Shown: one piece after another, positions 26,656 to 36,800 of the stretch
How the letters are laid out: each line of letters starts with the position of its first letter
How positions within the stretch are numbered: the stretch's first letter is position 1
DNA from: a virus
Taxonomy: Duplodnaviria; Heunggongvirae; Uroviricota; Caudoviricetes
Length of the DNA: 63,103 bases
Reading direction: 5' to 3' (one strand)
IMG/VR virus record: IMGVR_UViG_3300023202_000102
Location: 130,700 to 193,802 of that record
The notes under the pieces: generated by a model
The model's input: the letters and a program-made list of their open reading frames with translations, nothing else
Databases searched by the model: none
Told to the model about the DNA's origin: nothing
Translations under genes and position numbers: made by a program

Positions 26656-27825
26656 ATGGCAACCACTCTAGACAATTTGCTAGACCAGTCGCTGGACATT
26701 GCTGGTACATGTGAACAACGAGACGATCTTGATGTCACTGAAGAATCTCTTCAGTTAGGTCAAGAGGTATCTGGTCAGCTTGGTAGTACAGCATCTATCT
26801 CAGGTATAGTTCCTAACATTGTCATTTCTGGCCTTACAGGGATGGTAGAGAACAGCGAGGGGAGGTTCTTGACAATCGAGGGTGCCTCTGATCCTGGAAA
26901 CAATGGAACCTTTTTGATAACTCAATACATCAGTCCAAGCACTGTTGTTGTAGAGAATGTTTTTGGTTTTGGTCCTGATGCAAATAATGGTTCTGTTATC
27001 TGGACAGAGAGGCAGCCATGGGTTGCACAGGATGACCATAACTACCATAGGTCTGACAGGGCTAACATCAAAGGTGTAGCTTTTGATGGGTCTGTACCAA
27101 CCTATTTCAGAGTGGACAATAAAATTGTTCCGGTTCCAGCAAATCTCGCAAATATTGCCGGTAAAACAACAGATGCAAAAGCACTTGTTGATAACCTGAA
27201 GTTTCAAACTCTTTCAGTATCTCCTGGAGATACGTTTATCACACTAACTTCAGTTGGAGATCTTAAGCACGCTGATGCTGTAGACACTACGGGCGTTCCA
27301 ATTTGGGACGGATATGATGCTGGAAATATCGGAGGTACTTTTGTAGCGATTCTAGATGACGATGGCTATGCAACAGAATTGACAGTTGCTCAAGATCAGC
27401 TTGGTGGAGCTATGCAGGGTTGGAGAATTATCGGCAGAACACGAGCCGGTGCATCAACATCTCCAAACTCTGTTGAAGTTGAGTTTAGGGCGGTTGAGCT
27501 TGGGGCTGAACTATCTACATCTGTACCTTATACTTGGGAATCTTCCCAACCATCAGAGATAGATTCAATCATAGGTTACAGAACCGGTATAGATGATTTA
27601 GACGAGAATGCTCTAAGAAAATTACTATTGTTTGGGGTAGTTTATGGCGGACAGTCTACCGGAGGAGGATCTGGACCTAGCGTTAATTTGCCATTACCTA
27701 CAGAGTATGGACAGTTCTTTTTCTCGCAAGATGGGGTTGAGTTCATTCCAGCAGTACCTGTAGTGAACGATGAAGGATTGATAATGGTAGATGAGAACGG
27801 CAAAGTCGTTGTGGTTGGTGTATAA
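26656..27825 (+). CDS. Putative virion structural protein (fibre base / adaptor)
   Basis: Acidic and beta-rich; 'LTIEGASDPGNNGTFLIT' module; two DGY motifs. Confidence 0.55.
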   Translation: MATTLDNLLDQSLDIAGTCEQRDDLDVTEESLQLGQEVSGQLGSTASISGIVPNIVISGLTGMVENSEGRFLTIEGASDPGNNGTFLITQYISPSTVVVENVFGFGPDANNGSVIWTERQPWVAQDDHNYHRSDRANIKGVAFDGSVPTYFRVDNKIVPVPANLANIAGKTTDAKALVDNLKFQTLSVSPGDTFITLTSVGDLKHADAVDTTGVPIWDGYDAGNIGGTFVAILDDDGYATELTVAQDQLGGAMQGWRIIGRTRAGASTSPNSVEVEFRAVELGAELSTSVPYTWESSQPSEIDSIIGYRTGIDDLDENALRKLLLFGVVYGGQSTGGGSGPSVNLPLPTEYGQFFFSQDGVEFIPAVPVVNDEGLIMVDENGKVVVVGV

Positions 27826-30800
27826 TGGTAAATGCTTTTCATGGTAGACAAACAGTAGATCAGGGTATTCACGGATTGGCTGCGTTTGAATATGCAGACG
27901 AAGCCGCCCGTCTTGCTGCAGGACCATTTGAAACATACGATAGAAATAAAGTTGCAAGACAGCTTGATGATGATTCTTTCTGGATTCTAGTAGATGAAAC
28001 GGGACCAACATGGCAGAGTATTGGTACGGCAGCATCCCTCATTGATAGAATCAGTGTCATGCCTGGGGTCATTTCTGGAGGAATTCTTAGCGTTAATGGT
28101 GGAGATCCTGCAACCTTTGATATCTCTTCCGGCATTGGTTATATCGTAGATTTTTGGACAGACCCACTAAACCCAGTTGTTTCAGAGGTTACACTAGGAG
28201 GTACGGGTCTAGCTGTAACAAACCTTGCGACACAATCAGCTACATATATTCTTGTTGATGATACTAGCACTGTAATTCAACAAGGAATCTCACCAACCGC
28301 AGAAGAAAGAAGAAGGTACCTATATCTTGGACAGCTTGGTCACTCTAACAACACAACAATCGGTACGGCAGTTCCAACTCCTTCATATGCGTATTCCATA
28401 CGGCATGATTATGAAGACCTGACCGAAGCTATTGGAACCATTAACAATGGTGTTTTTGTAATTCCAAACGGCACCAACTTAAACATTAATAGATCTGATG
28501 GTTATTTGTTTTTCAGAGACTCTAATGTTGACAATAACGCTAGAGATCCAAACAACGTTGCCATAACAAGCCAAGCCCCATTAACATTTAGACTAAGAAC
28601 ACAAACTGGTAATGGTTCCACTAGTACGATTTTAGATGTTGGTAACTATGACAGTGCAGGAATAGTTACCGCGATAGCTGGTACTCAATATCAAAACTTT
28701 AGAGTTTACCAAATTCCATCAGGTAATACAGTTATACAATATGGTCAAAATCTATACCCCAACATTGATGATGCTGTTGATGCGCTTGGTACAGAGTCGT
28801 TTAGCGTACTATCTAGCCTGGTAGAGTCAGCAGCTTTAATTGGTGTTATTACCGCTTCATCTACAGCTGTAGATCTTTCCAACACCAGCCAGGCAAGGTT
28901 CTTTTCTGTTTCAAAATTTGGTGAGCTTACCTCTTCTGCTGGAGGTTCAGCAGTAACATCACACAGTCTTCTTACGGGTCTTGGTAATGATGATCATACA
29001 CAATACCTTCTTGTGGATGGTTCTAGAGCCATGTCTGGTGATTTAGACATGGACGGTTATGATATTGTTTCCGTTGGATTGGTAGATGGCGTTGATGTTT
29101 CCCTTCATGCTTCAAGGCACGAAACCGGAGGAGCAGATCCTTTAGATGGTTATCAGATAGATTTGGTTTATTCTCCAATCTCCTACTTGCCACCAATAAA
29201 TGATATCATTGGTGAACATATTGCTAGAATAGATGAGGCACTCACTGGGGCGATAGGAACAGGAGATGTTAATGGCCCAGCATCTTCTCTTGATAACGCA
29301 ATAGCTAGGTTTGATGGTAGTACGGGTAAGCTAATCCAAAACTCTGGTGTTACTCTTGAAGACAATGGTAACATTCTGTTTTCTGATACGCTATCAGCTG
29401 CTTTACTAAGACAGCTTGATACTACGGCTGCTTTTGCATCTAACTTCCAAATTTACGCACAGTCATCTACTGGAGGCGGCTCTGTTGGTGGTGATCTTAT
29501 TCTGGCATCAGGATCTGGTACATCAGCAAGTGGAGATATCGAACTAACAGTTGGATCTTCCGTAGCCTTAGCTCTCAATGATAATACGGTTTCAACCTTA
29601 TCCGCTGCTGGTGATGGTTATCTTGTAGCTTACAATCAGTCAGAAAACGCTGTTGAATATATTGATCCGATTACTGTTGGAGTAACTGATCATGGAGGTC
29701 TTACTGGCCTTGGTGATGATGATCATACACAATACTTACTGGTAAGTGGTACAAGGCCTATGTCTGGAAACCTAGACATGGGCTCCAATGATATTGTTTC
29801 CGTTGGCCTGGTGGATGGAGTTGATGTATCCGCTCATTCCACAAGACACGAGAACGGTGGAGCTGATGAAATCAATGTTGGTGGCTTGTCGGGACTTCTT
29901 GCAGACCCTCAGACACCTCTTGCACACGCATCCACGCATGAAAGTGGAGGTACCGATGCCCTTGATGGTTATCAAATAGATCTTGGGTACTCTCCGGTCA
30001 ACTACCTAGCACCTACCAATGATATTATTGGCGAGCACATTGCCAGAATTGATGAGGCCCTTGCAGGGGCCGTAAGTACGGGAGATGTTAACGGACCAGC
30101 ATCTAGCACAGATAATGCCATCACCAGATTTGACGGTGTAACGGGCAAGTTAATTCAAAACTCTTTGGTAACAATATCTGATACTGGTTCAATCACCCTT
30201 GATGCAACCGTTACATCTCCAATTATATCTCAAGCAGATGATGCCACCCCAGCTACAGCTGGTGATAGGTTGACAGTCCAGGCTCAGAATATGACCGGTG
30301 GAACCACAGTCGGTGGTGAACTTTGGCTCACATCAGGCTCTGGAACTACAGATGGTGATGTTGTTATCTTGACCGGTGGCAATCTTGCAATGCTGTTTGA
30401 TGAGGAAACGGCCACATCGTTCGCGGCAGCTGAAGACGGATACGTAGTTACATACAATGCTGTAAACAATGCGGTTGAATACTCTCCCCCTACTGAAACT
30501 AAGAGAATTGTTACAGTTGATTTTGCTTTGACAGAAGATGCTTTCAATTTCTCTCCATACTTTTTCACTTGGAGATCTACCGGATCTGATTCAACTACAG
30601 GCAAAAGATCAACCTCTGCATCCGGCATGTCAACGCCAAATGCTTGTAACCCTTATATAGTTCCATTTGACGCAACAATTACCAGAGCAATTTTAGTAGT
30701 TCGTGGGGTGGGTGTGCAGAATGGTTCTGTTACTTATCCAGTATCTTACAGGGCAGATCTTCTTGATGTAGGGTTTACTGGAAATACAAAGATTGCAGAT

Positions 30801-30998
30801 GTTGACTTCTCAATCTCTAACTCATTTACGGTTGGAACATTCTCCGTAGGTAACACTAACTTTAGAGGTGGAATGAGCATGAACCTTGATGTTGATGAAG
30901 GGGATACGCTGGGTTTGCAGTTTAACCACGGAGTTGGTGCATCAATCGCAGGCCAAACAAGAATGGCATTTGTTACCTTCGTACTAGAGGAAAGATAA
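27825..30998 (+). CDS. Fibre protein 1 (DDDHTQY / HxxxH repeats)
   Basis: Repeats 'H..LTGLG.DDHTQYLLV.G.R.MSG.LDM', 'VDGVDVS.H..RHE.GG' and 'GDV.GPASS.DNAI.RFDG.TGKLIQNS'. Confidence 0.75.
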   Translation: MVNAFHGRQTVDQGIHGLAAFEYADEAARLAAGPFETYDRNKVARQLDDDSFWILVDETGPTWQSIGTAASLIDRISVMPGVISGGILSVNGGDPATFDISSGIGYIVDFWTDPLNPVVSEVTLGGTGLAVTNLATQSATYILVDDTSTVIQQGISPTAEERRRYLYLGQLGHSNNTTIGTAVPTPSYAYSIRHDYEDLTEAIGTINNGVFVIPNGTNLNINRSDGYLFFRDSNVDNNARDPNNVAITSQAPLTFRLRTQTGNGSTSTILDVGNYDSAGIVTAIAGTQYQNFRVYQIPSGNTVIQYGQNLYPNIDDAVDALGTESFSVLSSLVESAALIGVITASSTAVDLSNTSQARFFSVSKFGELTSSAGGSAVTSHSLLTGLGNDDHTQYLLVDGSRAMSGDLDMDGYDIVSVGLVDGVDVSLHASRHETGGADPLDGYQIDLVYSPISYLPPINDIIGEHIARIDEALTGAIGTGDVNGPASSLDNAIARFDGSTGKLIQNSGVTLEDNGNILFSDTLSAALLRQLDTTAAFASNFQIYAQSSTGGGSVGGDLILASGSGTSASGDIELTVGSSVALALNDNTVSTLSAAGDGYLVAYNQSENAVEYIDPITVGVTDHGGLTGLGDDDHTQYLLVSGTRPMSGNLDMGSNDIVSVGLVDGVDVSAHSTRHENGGADEINVGGLSGLLADPQTPLAHASTHESGGTDALDGYQIDLGYSPVNYLAPTNDIIGEHIARIDEALAGAVSTGDVNGPASSTDNAITRFDGVTGKLIQNSLVTISDTGSITLDATVTSPIISQADDATPATAGDRLTVQAQNMTGGTTVGGELWLTSGSGTTDGDVVILTGGNLAMLFDEETATSFAAAEDGYVVTYNAVNNAVEYSPPTETKRIVTVDFALTEDAFNFSPYFFTWRSTGSDSTTGKRSTSASGMSTPNACNPYIVPFDATITRAILVVRGVGVQNGSVTYPVSYRADLLDVGFTGNTKIADVDFSISNSFTVGTFSVGNTNFRGGMSMNLDVDEGDTLGLQFNHGVGASIAGQTRMAFVTFVLEER

Positions 30999-30999
30999 T

Positions 31000-33885
31000 A
31001 TGGCTATTAGAAATATCATAGTAGAACTAAGGAATACTACAGGTAGTACCATTACAATGGGTACTCTGAATATTTCTGCGGCCTCTAGTGAAATCATCTG
31101 GGATACTACTAACTATTCAGTTGGTGCAACCGACAACTTTGAGCAAGTTCTCTCCGATCCGGAAACCTTTAACGAGGCCATTGGTAATGGTGACCTGGTT
31201 ATGGAGATTGACAACGTAGATCAGTCTTCTGCCGATGCATGGGCTCAGTTTTATGAGCTTCAGATTTCCTTTACAGATGAGCGCATTAAGGATGAGTTTT
31301 CTATATTAAGACAGGAGGGTGAATCTACTCTTGGTCTTGATATTGAGGCTGGTGGAGATGTTAATGTAAACGGCAATGACATTACTAATGTTGGTCTGGT
31401 GGATGGGGTTGATGTGTCAGATCACTCGGCACGACATGAGAACGGTGGAGCCGATGAAATTTCTGTAGCTGGCCTTTCTGGTGTATTGGCGGATCCTCAG
31501 ACACCAGCGTCTCACGCAAGCACACACATCTCTGGTGGTGGAGATGAAATTGATGGCGACCAAATCGACATTGATTGGAATCCCACAAACTATACTCCAA
31601 CCACAACTCCGACAGAAGTAACATCACTCGATCACTTAACCGCACATCTTGCAGGTATTGATACCACCTTGGGTACAGTGGTTACAGATCACGGCGGACT
31701 TACTGGTTTATTGGACGATGACCATACTCAGTATCTTCTTGTAGATGGCACTCGTGCTATGTCAGGAAACCTGAATATGGGTACCAACAATATAACCAAT
31801 GTTGGTACTGTAGATGGGGTAGACGTATCGACCCACGCATCTCGTCATGAAAATGGTGGGGCAGACGAAATATCAGTCGCTGGCCTTTCTGGATTGCTAG
31901 CAGATCCACAAACTCCAACAGCTCACGCCTCGACCCATATCACATCTGGGTCTGATGAGATTGATGGTGATCAGTTAGATATTGACTTTACACCCTCTAA
32001 CTATACCCCAATCACAGCTCCCGCTGAGGTTACTGATTTAGATCATCTCAGCGCTCATTTGGCGGGCATTGACACAGCTCTTGGAACTGTGGTTACAGAT
32101 CACGGTGCCTTAACCGGCCTTGGAGATGATGATCACACTCAGTATTTGTTAGTGGATGGTACTAGGGCTATGTCCGGAGATTTGGACATGGGTACTAATG
32201 ACATTACCAATGTTGGTACCGTAGATGGTGTTGATGTTTCCACACACGCGGCGAGGCACGAAAACGGTGGAGCTGATGAAATCAATGTAGCCGGACTTTC
32301 CGGACTTCTTGCAGACCCTCAGACACCAACCTCTCATGCGAGCACTCACATCTCATCTGGATCTGATGAGATGGATGGTGACCAACTTGATATTGATTGG
32401 AACCCTTCCAATTATACTCCTACAACCTCTCCGACAGAGGTAACATCACTTGATCATCTTACTGCTCACTTAGCCGGTATTGATGCGGCGCTTGCCGGAT
32501 TCGGTACAGGAGATGTGGTAGGCCCAGCATCAGCTACAGACAATGCAATAGCGAGGTATGATGGTGGTACAGGCAAGCTAATCCAAAACTCAGGCGTTAC
32601 CATAGATGACTCTGGCAACATGAATCTTGGTGCTGGAAACATAACAACATCAGGTACTGTAGATGGTGTTGATGTTTCGGCTCATGGTTCTCGTCATTTA
32701 CCAGCAGGAGCAGATCCATTAACAACCGCCGCCCCTCCAGGAACGGCCGTCCAAATTGGAAATGCCGCTGCAGTGGGCACCGCAAATTCCTTTGCAAGAT
32801 CTGACCATGTTCATGCAGTTGCCGCAGGAACTCCTGTTAATGTTACTAAATCTGCAAACTCAGCCGGCGTAGCAGCAACGTTTGCACGATCAGATCACAA
32901 ACATGACATAACAACAGCCGCCGCAGTAGGTTTAAGTGCTAACTCTACAAATGCAGAGGGCGGTGCAACATCACTTGCAAGATCTAATCATACTCATGCT
33001 ATCGATGTAACAACAGGAACTCTTTCTACAGTTAATGCTGGAGATACTGCGGTTAATGGAACTGCAGCTGGTCTTGCGAGAAGGGATCACCAACATCCGG
33101 TAGCTACAGCTACAGCATCTACTCTTTCAGGATCTAATGCCGAGGGCGCTTCAACATCGCTTGCTAGGGCGGATCATAATCATGCCTTGGGTGGTACTGT
33201 TGGCGGAGATCTCTCTGGAACACTTCCAAACCCAACGGTTACAGATCTTACAATTTCTGGGGAGACGCACGGAGATGTTCTTTACAGGAATGCAACTAAT
33301 TGGGTAAGACTCGCTCCAGGAACCTCAGGTCAAGCATTGCTTACCCAAGGAGCGGCAGCTAACCCAATCTGGGGTGCCCCATCAGCAAATAAAGTAGTAA
33401 CAGTTGAGTTTGCTCTTGACGAGAATGTATCTAACTTCCAGCAGTATTTCTTTACTTGGAGAGGTACAGGATCAGACACTACCACAGGCAAGAGATCTGG
33501 AGCATCCTCTGGTATTCAAAATGCAAATGCGTGCACCCCATACCAAGTACCATTTGATGCAACCATCATTAGTGCGGTATTAACACTAAGAGGAGCTGGG
33601 GTTCAAAACGGTTCAGTAACCTATCCGGTAACGTTCCAAACAGATTTGTTTGAGCAAGGATTTACATCTGAATCAAAGATAGCTGATATTGATTTTTCAA
33701 TATCTAACTCATTTACAGTTGGAACATTTGCTCCAGCAGCCACCAACTTTAAAGGTACCACCAGCCTAAATATTGATGTGGATACTGGTGATATGCTTGG
33801 TCTTAAGTTTATCAATGGAACAGGAGCTAGCTTGGTTGGACAGCTAAGAAACGCCTTTGTAACACTGGTGTTGGAGGAGAGATAA
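31000..33885 (+). CDS. Fibre protein 2 (DDDHTQY and AR.DH.H repeats)
   Basis: Same repeats plus five AR[SRA][DN]HxH units. C-terminal domain closely similar to fibre 1; N-terminal domain closely similar to fibre 3. Confidence 0.75.
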   Translation: MAIRNIIVELRNTTGSTITMGTLNISAASSEIIWDTTNYSVGATDNFEQVLSDPETFNEAIGNGDLVMEIDNVDQSSADAWAQFYELQISFTDERIKDEFSILRQEGESTLGLDIEAGGDVNVNGNDITNVGLVDGVDVSDHSARHENGGADEISVAGLSGVLADPQTPASHASTHISGGGDEIDGDQIDIDWNPTNYTPTTTPTEVTSLDHLTAHLAGIDTTLGTVVTDHGGLTGLLDDDHTQYLLVDGTRAMSGNLNMGTNNITNVGTVDGVDVSTHASRHENGGADEISVAGLSGLLADPQTPTAHASTHITSGSDEIDGDQLDIDFTPSNYTPITAPAEVTDLDHLSAHLAGIDTALGTVVTDHGALTGLGDDDHTQYLLVDGTRAMSGDLDMGTNDITNVGTVDGVDVSTHAARHENGGADEINVAGLSGLLADPQTPTSHASTHISSGSDEMDGDQLDIDWNPSNYTPTTSPTEVTSLDHLTAHLAGIDAALAGFGTGDVVGPASATDNAIARYDGGTGKLIQNSGVTIDDSGNMNLGAGNITTSGTVDGVDVSAHGSRHLPAGADPLTTAAPPGTAVQIGNAAAVGTANSFARSDHVHAVAAGTPVNVTKSANSAGVAATFARSDHKHDITTAAAVGLSANSTNAEGGATSLARSNHTHAIDVTTGTLSTVNAGDTAVNGTAAGLARRDHQHPVATATASTLSGSNAEGASTSLARADHNHALGGTVGGDLSGTLPNPTVTDLTISGETHGDVLYRNATNWVRLAPGTSGQALLTQGAAANPIWGAPSANKVVTVEFALDENVSNFQQYFFTWRGTGSDTTTGKRSGASSGIQNANACTPYQVPFDATIISAVLTLRGAGVQNGSVTYPVTFQTDLFEQGFTSESKIADIDFSISNSFTVGTFAPAATNFKGTTSLNIDVDTGDMLGLKFINGTGASLVGQLRNAFVTLVLEER

Positions 33886-33886
33886 T

Positions 33887-36800
33887 ATGGCCATTAGAAA
33901 CATAACAGTAGAGCTTAGAAATACAACTGGCAGCACTATATCTTTTGGTTCATTTGATATTCTTGCCGGGCAGCAGGGTCTTATATGGGATGCGGTAAAC
34001 TATACAGCAGGCTCTACAGATAATTTCGAAGAGGTTCTTAATGATGAGGCTTTATTTAATGAGTCCATTGGTAATGGGGATTTGGTTATGGAGGTCAATG
34101 ATGTTGACCAATCTACAACAGATGCCTGGGCCCAGTTCGATGAGTTAAGAAATGCGTTCAAAGAATCAAAAATAAAAGATACATTTGCCATCTTGAAACT
34201 CGAAGGTGAAAATACTATTGGTCTTAACATTGATTATGACTCATCAACATTTAGTATTACATCACCATTTGATTTGGGTGGGCAAAACATTACTAACGTA
34301 GGTAACGTTGATGGTAGAGATGTCTCTGCTGACGGAACCACATTAGACAACCACGTCGGCTCTACTGCCAATCCTCACAGCACAGACCTTAGCAACCTTG
34401 GCTCTGGTACCCTTGCGGAGCTTAATGTTCTTATTACAGATGCAACGCTTACAGACGATCATGGTTCTTTGAATGGATTATCAGATGATGATCATACTCA
34501 GTACCTATTAGCTGACGGCACTCGTGCCATGACTGGTGCTTTAGATATGGGAACAAACAACATTACCAATGTTGGCACTGTAAGTGGTGTTGATTTGGCA
34601 GATGTTGTTATAGGGCCCGCGTCTGCTGATGATGATTCTATAGTTACATTTAACGGTACTACTGGAAAGTTAGTGCAGGGGACAATGGCCTCTGTAAATT
34701 CTTCTGGACACTTAACGTCTGTAAGATACTTATTAGGTTCTGATCTGTCTCTTGTTCCTATTGTTGGCGGACAGTCAGTTATGACTTCCTGGCATGGACT
34801 TCAACTTGTTGGAAACAAGCAGTCTACCGTTAATTACTCTCCAACAAACGTTGGTACTGCAAATCAGTTTGGCGTTGTTGTACCGTCACAAGACACAAAT
34901 GCAGACGCTTCTTTTGCTATAGTTGGAGCTTCTGGACAGACAGGTGATTTGTTCAGAGTTCTTGACGATGGTCTTACTGAGTTAATGTCTATTGATATTT
35001 CTGGAAATATTACATTTGCAGGTTCACAGACTGTAGATGGCGTAGATGTTTCTACACATGCCTCGCGTCACATCTCTGGCGGGGCTGATGAGATTGATGG
35101 TGACCAAATCGACATTGATTGGAATCCAAGCAATTATACACCTACAACATCACCTACAGAAGTAACATCACTTGACCATTTAACAGCTCATCTTGCAGGA
35201 ATAGACTCTGCATTATCAAGTGTTGGAGTAACAGATCACGGTGCTCTTACTGGGCTTGGCGATGATGATCATACCCAATACCTATTAGTAGATGGCACTC
35301 GTGCTATGTCAGGTGATTTGGATATGGGTGCCAATGACATCACTGATGTTACTCAGATTACCTTCGACTCACAGAACATCGATGCCATTCAGGTTAATGA
35401 TGGCGGAACCACACGTAGGATGTTTGGGTTCCGAGGTTCTGATCAAACATTGTTTATTGGGGATGACAATGCTATTTCCGGCATAGACAAGCATAAGTAT
35501 GAAGCCGTTACGCGAATGCTTTGGGAAATATCCGGCAGCGCAAAGATTACAATTACCTCTACCACTACTACTTTTGGCAATCCGTTGGACATGGATGCCA
35601 ATGCCATCACTAATGTTGGCAATGTTGATGGAAGAGATGTCTCAGCAGATGGCACAGCATTAGACAATCATATTGCCTCTACGGCGAACCCTCATTCTAC
35701 TGATGTTGGAAACTTAGGATCTGGAACATTAGCAGAGCTAAATGCTGCTATAACAGATGCTACATTAGATGATTCCTCTGATTCTAGGACACCATCAGGG
35801 TCTGCTGGAGGAGATTTAAGTGGAACTTATCCAAACCCAACTGTAACTGATTTAACAATTACAGATGAAGAGCGTGGCTCTATCATTTTCTTTAACGGAT
35901 CTAATTGGGTTCATTTGGCACCAGGAACCTCTGGTCAGGTTCTTGAAACACAGGGCACTGGAGCTGATCCAATATGGGCAACTTCTCCTACGGGTGTTAC
36001 TGACCATGGTGCATTGTCTGGTCTTGGGGATGACGATCATACTCAGTATCTATTAGTTGATGGCACTCGTGCAATGTCTGGTAACTTGGATCTTGGAACT
36101 AACGCCATCACGAACGTTGGTAATGTAGATGGCCGAGATGTATCAGCTGACGGAACAGCATTAGATAATCATATTGCAAATACATCTAACCCTCATTCTA
36201 CAAGTATATCCAACATCGGATCAGGAACTTTAGCTGAACTAAATTCAGCTGTTACTGATGCCACTCTCGATGACTCTTCAGATCCTAGAGATCCTAATGC
36301 TCATGCAACCTCTCATGAAAGCGGAGGATCTGATGAGATAGAGATCTCTGATATGGGAACATCTGAGAATAACACAGCCCTTGTATTGTCTCCGGATGGA
36401 GCTGGTGGTGTAAGCTGGACTGCTGCAGCTGGTGACGTAACTGGACCGGGCTCATCTACAGACAATGCTTTAGCTAGGTTCGATGGGGCGACGGGCAAGC
36501 TTATCCAGAACTCTGGCATTACTATAGATGATTCTGATATTATTGATGGTGTTTCCAGGTTGGACTTTGCTGGAGCAACGGCCACATCTGGAAGTATCAA
36601 TATTCCTGACGAGGGTAGCATCTGGACCCACTCAGATGCAGCCGATAGAAGAATGCTTGAAGTCACTGACGACACTATGTATGTCGGCCAGAACACGGGA
36701 GGGGGGTCACTAGCTACTGTAGACCTTGAGGCCGCCACATCCGTAACAGTTTCTATTGGTGCAACCGATGTAATAGCAACTTTTGCAGAAACGCTGTTTG

